Source of the DNA: Candidatus Eiseniibacteriota bacterium
GTDB taxonomy: Bacteria > Eisenbacteria > RBG-16-71-46
Assembly (NCBI GenBank): GCA_031364845.1
Contig: JANLWX010000023.1
Coordinates: forward strand, 1 to 10,812
Direction of reading: 5' to 3'
DNA: 10,812 bases
Part shown: piece after piece, positions 1 through 7,154 of the stretch
Numbering within the stretch: the stretch's first letter is position 1
Layout of the letters: every line of letters starts with the position of its first letter
Translations under genes and position numbers: made by a program
The notes under the pieces: model-generated
Told to the model about the DNA's origin: nothing
Databases searched by the model: none
What the model saw: only the letters and a program-made list of their open reading frames with translations

Positions 1-86
1 TCAGCATTCGTAACCTTCCCGTTCAGTGCGGCCCGAACGATGCCCGGCCGCTGCGCTTCCTTGTCGCTCATCGTGAGATGTCCCAT
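1..86 (-). CDS. Transposase N-terminal fragment (IS1202/ISNCY-like), partial
   Basis: From ATG at 86 (in-frame alternative ATG at 71) it translates as MGHLTMSDKEAQRPGIVRAALNGKVTNA, open to the window edge. This resembles the 'lTMSxkElxRlxvixxxxxgxlTxxEAA' start of ISNCY/IS1202 transposases. Only 28 codons are visible. Confidence 0.7.
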   Translation of the reverse strand, partial: MGHLTMSDKEAQRPGIVRAALNGKVTNA

Positions 87-90
87 GGGG

Positions 91-128
91 GGACATAATC
101 ACTTTGCAATTAGGGGAGGACAGAATCA
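91..128. repeat. Subterminal direct repeats (putative transposase-binding sites)
   Basis: GGACATAATCA (91-101) and GGACAGAATCA (118-128) match at 10/11 positions with a 27-bp period. A related inverted copy, GTGAGATGTCC, lies at 73-83. Confidence 0.75.
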
Positions 129-158
129 TCTGGCATCTACAAATCCGCGCTCCGTCCT

Positions 159-187
159 TTGACTCCCCCCGGGCCCGCGCTTATCCT
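159..187 (+). promoter_or_regulatory. Sigma70-type promoter of the rib operon
   Basis: TTGACT (159-164), a 17-bp spacer and TATCCT (182-187). The predicted start at about 194 falls just before the riboswitch P1 strand at 196. Confidence 0.75.
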
Positions 188-195
188 CGCCGCTC

Positions 196-330
196 GAATC
201 CTTCGGGGCGGGGTGCAAGTCCCCACCGGCGGTATAGCCCGCGAGCGGAGTTCCAGCGTCTGAATCGGAACTCGGCAGGATCCGGTGAAACTCCGGAGCC
301 GACCGTACAGTCGGGATGAAAGAGGGATTC
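196..330 (+). ncRNA. FMN riboswitch (RFN element) aptamer
   Basis: Conserved RFN blocks are present: CTTCGGGGCGGGGTGCAAGTCCCCACCGGCGGT, AGCCCGCGAGC, GATCCGGTGAAACTCCGGAGCCGAC and ACAGTCGGGATGAAAGAGG. P1 is GAATCCTTC (196-204) pairing with GAGGGATTC (322-330). It sits directly upstream of ribD. Confidence 0.97.
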
Positions 331-366
331 GCAGCGGGCACCGTCGTGTCCGCCGCTGTCGTTTGC

Positions 367-400
367 GCCCCGTGGCCCACCCGCGGGGTTTTTCGTTTTT
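367..400 (+). terminator. Intrinsic terminator of the riboswitch expression platform
   Basis: Stem GCCCCGTGG (367-375) / CCGCGGGGT (381-389) with a 5-nt loop, followed by TTTTCGTTTTT. It lies between the aptamer and the ribD RBS. Confidence 0.88.
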
Positions 401-428
401 GGGCGGTACCGTCCGCCGACAGGAGACC

Positions 429-1550
429 ATGCCCAGCCGAGCCCTCGACGAACGCTTCATGCAGCGCGCCCTGCGCCTGGCGGAACGCGGACGCGGACGC
501 ACGCGGCCCAATCCGGTCGTCGGTGCAGTCGTCGTGCGCGCAGGCCAGGTGGTGGGCGAGGGCTGGCACCGCGCGGCGGGGCTGCCGCATGCGGAGGTCG
601 AAGCGATCCGCCGCGCCGGATTGCGTGCGCGCGGGGCCACGCTCTACGTGAGCCTCGAGCCGTGCGCCCACACCGGGCGCACGCCGCCGTGCAGCGAGGC
701 GATCGTCGCGGCCGGGATCCGGCGCTGCGTGGTCGCGATGCGCGATCCGAACCGGATCGTGAACGGCAAGGGCCTGCGCGCGCTGCGAAAGGCGGGCGTC
801 CAAGTCGAAACCGGTGTGCTCGAAGCGAGCGCCGGTGAAGTGCTGGCGGGCTACGTGACCGCGCACCGCGCGGCGCGTCCGCGCGCGACGTGGAAGGTCG
901 CGATGACGCTCGACGGCCGAATCGCGGATGGCCGCGGCCGTTCGAAGTGGATCACGGGCGCCGCCGCCCGCGAACAGGTGCAGCGCATGCGCGCGGCGAG
1001 CGATGCGATCGTGATCGGCTCGGGCACCGCGCGCGCCGACGACCCGCGCTTGACGATCCGCAGCCGCTCGCGCGGCGACCTCGCTCCGTTGCGCGTGGTG
1101 TGCGACAGCGGACTCTCGCTGCCGCTCACGCTGCGGCTGTTCCAGCCGGGCCTCGCGCGCGGCACGGTGGTCGCATGCCGCCGCGACGCCCCCACGCGCC
1201 GCGCGGCGGAACTCGAACGGCGCGGAGTCCAGGTCTGGCGGCTCGCTTCGGCCCGCGGCGGCATCTCGCCGCTCGCGCTCGCGCGCCGGCTGATGCGTGA
1301 GGGTTGCCACGACGTGCTGATCGAGTCAGGTCCCACACTCGGCAGCGCCTGGCTCAAGGCGGGGCTGATCGACCGGCTGGCGTGCTTCGTCGCTCCTAAG
1401 GTGCTCGGGGCGCCCGGGCTTCCGTGGTGCGGGCCGCTCGGGCGCGCTTCGCTCGCGGACGCGATGGCGGGTAGGATCGTCAAGGTATCCCGTGCAGGCG
1501 AGGACATTCTTCTGGAGATGGAGATTGAGCATGTTCACCGGACTGATTGA
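429..1550 (+). CDS. ribD: Bifunctional diaminohydroxyphosphoribosylaminopyrimidine deaminase / 5-amino-6-(5-phosphoribosylamino)uracil reductase
   Basis: RBS AGGAGA (421-426) precedes ATG 429. Deaminase motifs: PNPVVG, HAE and SLEPCAHTGRTPPC. Reductase motifs: KVAMTLDG, SKWIT, DDPRLTIR and IESGPTL. Confidence 0.97.
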   Translation: MPSRALDERFMQRALRLAERGRGRTRPNPVVGAVVVRAGQVVGEGWHRAAGLPHAEVEAIRRAGLRARGATLYVSLEPCAHTGRTPPCSEAIVAAGIRRCVVAMRDPNRIVNGKGLRALRKAGVQVETGVLEASAGEVLAGYVTAHRAARPRATWKVAMTLDGRIADGRGRSKWITGAAAREQVQRMRAASDAIVIGSGTARADDPRLTIRSRSRGDLAPLRVVCDSGLSLPLTLRLFQPGLARGTVVACRRDAPTRRAAELERRGVQVWRLASARGGISPLALARRLMREGCHDVLIESGPTLGSAWLKAGLIDRLACFVAPKVLGAPGLPWCGPLGRASLADAMAGRIVKVSRAGEDILLEMEIEHVHRTD

Positions 1551-2154
1551 AGCGCTCGGAACCGTGACGCGCCTCGAAGCCCGTCCGAAAGGGCGCTGGT
1601 TCGAGCTCGAGGTGCCACAGGGGATGGACGGCATCGCGATCGGCGACAGCATCGCCATCAACGGATGCTGCCTCACGGTCGTCGAGCGCGCCGACGAGGC
1701 CACTGCGATCCGGATCGCGCTCGAAGTGGTGCCCGAGACGCTGGCGCGCACGACGATCGGCGAGCTGCGGCGCGGGGACGCGGTGAATCTCGAGCGCGCG
1801 CTGCGCCTCGGCGACCGGCTCGGCGGGCATCTGGTGCAGGGACACGTCGACGGGGTGGGGACGGTGCGCGCGATCATGATCGAGGGCGCGGGGCGCCGGA
1901 TACGCTTCGAGATGCCCGCACCGCTCGCACCGTTCGTCGCGGGGCAGGGTTCGATCGCGATCGACGGCATCAGCTTCACGATCTCGGCGTGCGAGAAGAC
2001 GACGTTCGAGGTCTCGGTCATCCCGCACACGCTCGAAAACACGATCGCGCGCGCGTATCGCGATGGAACGCGCGTGAATCTCGAAGTCGACCTGGTCGCG
2101 CGCTATCTCGCGCGCATGCTGGATACCGGACTCATGGAGAGGAGCAAACCGTGA
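1531..2154 (+). CDS. ribE: Riboflavin synthase (alpha chain; RibE in Bacillus nomenclature, RibC in E. coli)
   Basis: The diagnostic N-terminus MFTGL starts at ATG 1531 with GGAG upstream. Motifs: [40 protein letters not shown] and VNLEVD. Confidence 0.97.
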   Translation: MFTGLIEALGTVTRLEARPKGRWFELEVPQGMDGIAIGDSIAINGCCLTVVERADEATAIRIALEVVPETLARTTIGELRRGDAVNLERALRLGDRLGGHLVQGHVDGVGTVRAIMIEGAGRRIRFEMPAPLAPFVAGQGSIAIDGISFTISACEKTTFEVSVIPHTLENTIARAYRDGTRVNLEVDLVARYLARMLDTGLMERSKP

Positions 2155-3521
2155 CGACCACCGCACGCGCCAGGCGCCGCACGTCACGCGCGAGTGTCAA
2201 CGGCGCGCCTCACAAGGCGACCGCGAAGCCGAAGGCGTCCGCGCCGCGCCGTGCCGCGAAGCCGCGACCCGCGGCGAAGTCGGCGAAGGCGGCGTCGAAG
2301 GAGCCCTCGAGCCTGTTCCTGACCGTCGACGAAGCCGTGCGCCGGATCGGCGCGGGCAAGATGATCATCGTGGTCGACGACTCCGATCGCGAGAACGAAG
2401 GCGACATCGTGTTCGCGGCCGAGAAGGCGACGCCCGACATGGTGAACTTCGCGGTCAAGCACGGCCGCGGAATCCTGTGCGCGCCCATGGATCCCGACAT
2501 CGCCGACAAGCTCGGCCTGAAGCTCATGGTCGCGCAGAACACCGCCAAGTTCGGCACGCCGTTCACCGAATCGGTCGACGTGCGCCGCGGCACCACGACC
2601 GGCACGTCGGTGTTCGACCGTACGCGCACGCTGCGCGCGCTCGCGGCCACGCGCACGCGCGCGGGCGATCTCGACCGTCCGGGGCATGTGTTCCCGCTGC
2701 GCGCGGTGCCGGGAGGCGTGCTGCGCCGCGCCGGACACACCGAGGCGGTGCCCGATCTGTGCCGGCTCGCCGGGTTGCGCCCGGTCGGTGCGCTGTGCGA
2801 GATCCTCACCGACGACGGCCGCATGATGCGGCTGCCGGAACTCCAGAAGTTCGCCCAACACCATGGTCTCGGCATTCTCACGATCCGCGATCTGATCGAG
2901 CATCGCCGCCACAAGGAGATGCTGGTGCGGCGCGTGGTCTCGGTTCCGCTGCCGACCGAGCACGGGCAGTTCCAGCTCCATCTCTACGAGAGCACGCTCG
3001 AGAACGACTTCCACGTGGCGCTGGTCAAAGGAAAGATCGAAGGGAAGAAACCGGCGCTGGTGCGCGTCCACTCGCAGTGTCTGACCGGCGATGTGTTCGG
3101 ATCGCAGCGCTGCGATTGCGGCGAGCAGATGCACGCGGCACTCGCGAAGATCGCAAAGCGCGGCGGTGTGTTCCTGTACCTGCGCCAGGAAGGGCGCGGG
3201 ATCGGGCTCGCGAACAAGCTGCGCGCGTATCGGCTTCAGGATCAGGGCTACGATACGGTCGAGGCGAACGTGAAGCTCGGGTTCCCGGCCGATCTGCGCG
3301 ACTACGGCATCGGTGCTCAGATCCTGTTCGACCTCGGCGTGCGCCAGATCGATCTGATGACGAACAATCCGCGCAAAGTCGTCGGCCTCGAAGCGTACGG
3401 TCTCACGATCCATTCGCTCGTTCCGGTGAAGATCAAGGCCACGCGCCACAACCGCCGCTATCTCGCGACCAAGCGGGACAAACTCGGTCATTTGCTCGAC
3501 CTCGATCTCGGAGAGACATGA
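2151..3521 (+). CDS. ribBA: Bifunctional 3,4-dihydroxy-2-butanone-4-phosphate synthase / GTP cyclohydrolase II, with a basic N-terminal extension
   Basis: The GTG start overlaps the ribE stop (GTGA) and follows GAGGAG. DHBPS motifs: [24 protein letters not shown] and CEI. GCHII motifs: [35 protein letters not shown] and TNNPRK. Confidence 0.97.
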   Translation: MTTTARARRRTSRASVNGAPHKATAKPKASAPRRAAKPRPAAKSAKAASKEPSSLFLTVDEAVRRIGAGKMIIVVDDSDRENEGDIVFAAEKATPDMVNFAVKHGRGILCAPMDPDIADKLGLKLMVAQNTAKFGTPFTESVDVRRGTTTGTSVFDRTRTLRALAATRTRAGDLDRPGHVFPLRAVPGGVLRRAGHTEAVPDLCRLAGLRPVGALCEILTDDGRMMRLPELQKFAQHHGLGILTIRDLIEHRRHKEMLVRRVVSVPLPTEHGQFQLHLYESTLENDFHVALVKGKIEGKKPALVRVHSQCLTGDVFGSQRCDCGEQMHAALAKIAKRGGVFLYLRQEGRGIGLANKLRAYRLQDQGYDTVEANVKLGFPADLRDYGIGAQILFDLGVRQIDLMTNNPRKVVGLEAYGLTIHSLVPVKIKATRHNRRYLATKRDKLGHLLDLDLGET

Positions 3522-3991
3522 TGCGCGAGTTCCGTCCCGATGCCGAAGCGAACGGCCACCGCTACTGCGTGATCGCCGCGCGCTTCAACGAGCCCTACGT
3601 GCGGCGTCTGGTCGACGCGGCGCTCGACGTGCTGCGTGCGCGCGGCGCTTCGGAAGACGCGCTCGATGTGGCATGGGTGCCGGGCAGCTTCGAGGTCCCG
3701 CTCGCGTGCCGGTGGGCCGCGGAGTCGCGTCGCTACGATGCGGTGCTCGCGTTCGGGCTCGTGTTGCGAGGTGAGACCGAGCACTTCCGGCTGGTCGCGG
3801 ATGCGGCCTCGCAGGGGATTCTGCGCGTGTCGCTCGACACCGGAGTTCCGGTGCTGAACGGCGTGCTGGCCGCGTACGATCCCGATCAGGCGGCGGCCCG
3901 CACCGGCGGCACGCAGGGCAACCGGGGTGCCGAGATTGCGCTGGCCGCGGTGCACATGGTGCGGCTGCGCCGCCAGTTCGAGGCCGCATGA
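3518..3991 (+). CDS. ribH: 6,7-dimethyl-8-ribityllumazine synthase
   Basis: ATGA overlap with ribBA (alternative ATG at 3521). Motifs: [37 protein letters not shown] and [12 protein letters not shown]. 157 aa. Confidence 0.95.
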   Translation: MMREFRPDAEANGHRYCVIAARFNEPYVRRLVDAALDVLRARGASEDALDVAWVPGSFEVPLACRWAAESRRYDAVLAFGLVLRGETEHFRLVADAASQGILRVSLDTGVPVLNGVLAAYDPDQAAARTGGTQGNRGAEIALAAVHMVRLRRQFEAA

Positions 3992-4464
3992 CCGCGCCCC
4001 GCGAACCCCGCGCCGGCCGCCGTGCGGGAGGACCCTCGCGCCCGACCACCGGCGCGCGTCATCGCGCGCGTGAGATCGCGTTCCGTGTCGCCTACGAGGC
4101 GGACGTGAACGGCGACGGCCACGCCGAGGTGTGGGCGCGGCTGCGCGAAGAGGAACACCTGTCGGACGATCAGCGCGAGCTGGTCGACGACGTGGTCGCG
4201 ATGCTGGCCCGCGACCGCGAGGACATCGACCGCCGCATCCAGGAAGCGGCCGAGCACTGGCCGCTGGCGCGGCTGTCGGCCACCGATCGTGCGGTGCTGC
4301 GCATGGCGGTCGCCGAGCTGGTGGCGCGCGCCGGAAGCCCGGTGCCGGTCGTGCTCGACGTGGCGATCGAGCTGGCGAAGCGCTTCGGCAGCGACGAGTC
4401 GGGTCGGTTCGTGAACGGCGTGCTGGATCGCATCGCGCGCGATCTGCGTCCCGCGGAGACGTGA
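3988..4464 (+). CDS. nusB: Transcription antitermination factor NusB
   Basis: Motifs: RHRAREIAFRVAY, WPLARLSATDRAVLRMA, AIELAKRFG and FVNGVLD. It occupies the classic position after ribH. Confidence 0.95.
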   Translation: MTAPREPRAGRRAGGPSRPTTGARHRAREIAFRVAYEADVNGDGHAEVWARLREEEHLSDDQRELVDDVVAMLARDREDIDRRIQEAAEHWPLARLSATDRAVLRMAVAELVARAGSPVPVVLDVAIELAKRFGSDESGRFVNGVLDRIARDLRPAET

Positions 4465-5189
4465 TGCTGCACGCGGTCGTCTCCGACATCCACGGCAATC
4501 TCGAAGCGCTCGACGCGGTGCTCGCGGACCTCGACCGGCGCGGCATCACGAGTGTGGCGTGCCTCGGCGACTTCGTCGGCTATGGCGCGGATCCCAACGC
4601 GTGCATCGAACGGCTGCGGCCGCGCGTCCAGGTCGCGGTCGCCGGCAACCACGACCTTGCGGCGTGCGGGCGCATCAAGCTCGGCTACTTCCACGCCGAC
4701 GCCGCCACCGCGGCGCGCTGGACCGACGATCAGCTCACGCCCGAGAACCGCGAGTACCTCGTGTCGCTGCCGTTCGCGGTCGAGTGGCTCGGCATGTGGC
4801 TCGTCCACTCGAGCCCCGCCGATCCCAAGGCGTGGCACTACGTGATGTCGCCGGCCGACGCGGCATCGGAGATGCGCGCCTACACGCAGGACGTGTGCCT
4901 GATCGGGCATTCGCACTATCCGGGCACGTTCTGGCGCGGGACGCAGAAGCTGAACTACACGCGCGAGGCCGAGGTGCCGCTCGAGCAGGGTGCCAAGTAC
5001 CTGATCACGGTTCCGAGCGTGGGACAGCCGCGCGACGGCGATCCGCGCGCCGGCTACCTGATGGTCGATCTCGAGCGCCGCGTGCTCACGCACGTGCGTC
5101 TCGAGTACGACGTTCCGAGTGCGGCGCGCCGCATTCGCGATGTGGGGCTGCCGGTGGCACTCGGCGAACGCCTGCGCTGGGGGGAGTGA
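4464..5189 (+). CDS. Calcineurin-like metallophosphoesterase (Metallophos_2 / MJ0912-YfcE-like)
   Basis: Motifs: SDIHGN, CLGDFVGYG, GNHD, VHSS, GHSH and SVGQPRDGDPRA. Start is ATG 4464 (or GTG 4461), overlapping the nusB stop. Confidence 0.92.
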   Translation: MLHAVVSDIHGNLEALDAVLADLDRRGITSVACLGDFVGYGADPNACIERLRPRVQVAVAGNHDLAACGRIKLGYFHADAATAARWTDDQLTPENREYLVSLPFAVEWLGMWLVHSSPADPKAWHYVMSPADAASEMRAYTQDVCLIGHSHYPGTFWRGTQKLNYTREAEVPLEQGAKYLITVPSVGQPRDGDPRAGYLMVDLERRVLTHVRLEYDVPSAARRIRDVGLPVALGERLRWGE

Positions 5190-5190
5190 C

Positions 5191-5967
5191 GTGGCCGAAC
5201 GCGTCTCGACACTCGAACACTGGGAATCCTACTGGAAGGGCCACGCGAACCTCGAGGAAACCTACTCGACCGGCGGCCGCCTGGTGCGTGAGATCCTCGC
5301 CGACGGTCCGGTCGACGGCCGCTATGTGATGGAAGTCGGCGCGGGTTCGGGCCGGGACATCCTGCGGCTCGCCGAGGCCGGCGCGATCGCGGTGGTGCTC
5401 GACTATTCGCCGGCGTCGCTCGAGCTGGTGCAGCGCCAGTCGCGCGAGAGCGGAGTTCCGGTCCACCTGATCCGCGCGGACGCGTTGGCACTGCCGTTCC
5501 GCGACGACGTGTTCGAAGTCGTGTTCCACCAGGGATTGCTCGAACACTTCCGCGATCCGATGCCGCTGCTGCGCGAGAACGCGCGCGTGACCGCGCGCGG
5601 CGGACGCGTGGTGGTCGACGTGCCGCAGACCTTCCATCTCTACACCGCGATGAAGCAGACGCTGATCGCGATGAACCGCTGGTTCGCGGGCTGGGAAACG
5701 CAGTTCACGCCGGGCGGACTCGAGCGCCGCGTGCGTGAAGCGGGCCTCGAAGTGCACCGCACCTACGGCGAGTGGATGGTGCCGGGGCTCGCCTACCGCG
5801 TGACGCGCGAGGTGCTGAAGCGCGCGACCGGACTCACGCTGCCGCTCGAGCCCCAGGGGCCGCGCTGGTGGAGCGATGGGTGGACGGCGCTGCGCGCGCG
5901 GCTTGGACGTTCGCGCGCGGCACTCCACACGTGCCACGTGATCGGCACCGTGGGGCGCAAGCGGTGA
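5191..5967 (+). CDS. Class I SAM-dependent methyltransferase (Methyltransf_11-like)
   Basis: GTG 5191 follows GGGGAG. Motifs: MEVGAGSG (motif I), VLDYS, ADALALPFRDDVFEVV, GLLEHF and RVTARGG. Confidence 0.9.
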   Translation: MAERVSTLEHWESYWKGHANLEETYSTGGRLVREILADGPVDGRYVMEVGAGSGRDILRLAEAGAIAVVLDYSPASLELVQRQSRESGVPVHLIRADALALPFRDDVFEVVFHQGLLEHFRDPMPLLRENARVTARGGRVVVDVPQTFHLYTAMKQTLIAMNRWFAGWETQFTPGGLERRVREAGLEVHRTYGEWMVPGLAYRVTREVLKRATGLTLPLEPQGPRWWSDGWTALRARLGRSRAALHTCHVIGTVGRKR

Positions 5968-7154
5968 TGCCGCCGGCCGGGCCGGCTGTCGCGGAGCGAA
6001 ACCGCGCGACGCCTTCAAAGGCCGCGACGCCGCGCGGGCCGTTGCGCATCGTCGCGGTGAACTTCCGCGATCCCGCGCATCCCGAAGCCGGCGGCGCCGA
6101 GCTCCATCTCGAGGAGATCCTGCTCGAAGGTGTGCGGCGCGGGCATCAGGTCACGTGGCTCGCCTCGGGATTTCCTGGCGGAGCGCGCGAGGCTGAGCAT
6201 CGCGGCATGCGCGTGGTGCGGCGCGGGTCGTGGTGGAACTTCAACTTCATCGTCCCGTTCGTGCTGCGGAGCGAGTTCTCCGATCCCGCACCCGATCTCG
6301 TGGTCGAGGACGTCAACAAGGTGCCGTGCTTCGTCGCGTGGGCGACGCGTTCGCGGGTCGCGGTGATCGTGCCGCACCTGTTCGGATCGACGGCGTTCCG
6401 CGAGGCGTCGGCGCCGGTCGCGGCGTATGTGGTGGCACTCGAGAAGCTGATCCCGTTCGCCTATCGCGGGGCGCGCTTCGTCGTGATCTCCGAGAGCACG
6501 CGCGACGATCTGGTCGAGCGCGGGATTCCGGCGGCTTGCATCGAGGTCGTCCACTGCGGGCTCGACCATGACACGTACCGCGCCGACGACCCGCCCGCCG
6601 CCAAAGCCTCTGCACCGACCATTCTCTATGTCGGCCGCCTGCGCCGCTACAAGGGCGTCGACTGGATGATCCGCGTGATGCCGCGCGTGCTCGAGCGCGT
6701 CCCGGACGCGAAGTTGGTCGTGATCGGCGACGGGCCCGATCGCGCGCGCCTCGACGCGATGCTCGCGAGCAGTGGTGCCGCGCACGCGGTCGAGTTCCTC
6801 GGCTTCGCACCGCGCGCCGAGAAGGCCGCGCGCATGCGCGGGGCATGGGTCGTGGTGCAGCCGTCGCCCAAGGAAGGGTGGGGGCTGACGGTCGTCGAAG
6901 CCGGCGCCTCGGGCACCGCCGTGGTCGCGGCCGACAGTCCCGGCCTGCGCGATTCGGTGCGCCGCGATGTCACCGGACTGCTGGTGCCGTTCGGCGACGA
7001 CGCGGCGATGGCCGACGCGCTGGTGCGCGTGCTGACCGATACTCCGCTGCGCGAGCAGCTGGCGCACGCCGGAGTCGAATGGGCCGCGCGCTTCACCTGG
7101 CCCACGTGTGCGGCGCGATCGCTCGATGCACTGCTTGCGGAGGGCGCATGCTGA
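5967..7154 (+). CDS. Glycosyltransferase family 4 (GT-B, retaining)
   Basis: Motifs: AGGAE, ISESTRDDL, YVGRLRRYKG, IGDGP and the E-X7-E motif EGWGLTVVE, followed by PGLRDSV. Start is ATG 5967 (or GTG 5964), overlapping the upstream stop. Confidence 0.93.
   Translation: MPPAGPAVAERNRATPSKAATPRGPLRIVAVNFRDPAHPEAGGAELHLEEILLEGVRRGHQVTWLASGFPGGAREAEHRGMRVVRRGSWWNFNFIVPFVLRSEFSDPAPDLVVEDVNKVPCFVAWATRSRVAVIVPHLFGSTAFREASAPVAAYVVALEKLIPFAYRGARFVVISESTRDDLVERGIPAACIEVVHCGLDHDTYRADDPPAAKASAPTILYVGRLRRYKGVDWMIRVMPRVLERVPDAKLVVIGDGPDRARLDAMLASSGAAHAVEFLGFAPRAEKAARMRGAWVVVQPSPKEGWGLTVVEAGASGTAVVAADSPGLRDSVRRDVTGLLVPFGDDAAMADALVRVLTDTPLREQLAHAGVEWAARFTWPTCAARSLDALLAEGAC

Larger units (their letters stand above)
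1..141 (-). mobile_element. Left end of an IS1202-family (ISNCY-type) insertion sequence, truncated by the window edge
   Basis: The minus strand from 141 reads TGTAGATGCCAGA-TGATTCTGTCC-TCCCCTAATTGCAAAG-TGATTATGTCC-CCCC-ATG. This gives a 5'-TGT terminus and two near-identical 11-bp subterminal repeats, followed by a transposase-like N-terminus. The segment is more AT-rich than the rest of the window. Confidence 0.75.

Noticed and set aside
91..128. Repeat pair as a CRISPR remnant or transcription-factor operator
   Set aside because: There are only two 11-bp copies with a 16-bp gap, and no cas genes. Their position inside a TGT terminus before a transposase-like start explains them better.
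104..132. Outward-facing IS promoter from TTGCAA (104-109)
   Set aside because: No credible -10 hexamer at 16-18 bp spacing on either strand.
142..175. dif/XerCD site next to the IS end
   Set aside because: No resemblance to the XerC/XerD arms (e.g. TTATGTTAAAT) on this flank. The other flank is outside the window.
104..319. 71-aa ORF as a leader peptide
   Set aside because: It starts at a TTG inside the IS end, upstream of the predicted transcription start, and crosses the aptamer. There is no RBS or coding signal.
285..428. N-terminal extension of RibD in the ORF track (start 285)
   Set aside because: It runs through the riboswitch and terminator. The RBS and homology support ATG 429.
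1310..1345. RibD 'ESG' instead of 'EGG' as a sign of an inactive reductase
   Set aside because: Small-residue variation at this position occurs in active enzymes (E. coli has EAGPTL), and the other reductase motifs are intact.
1665..3517. Apparent long N-terminal fusions on RibBA (from 1665) and RibH (from 2477), and similar extensions at 4131, 5772 and 6845
   Set aside because: These are open-frame run-ons across upstream genes. Each real gene has a coupled start at the upstream stop, where recognisable homology begins at or soon after.
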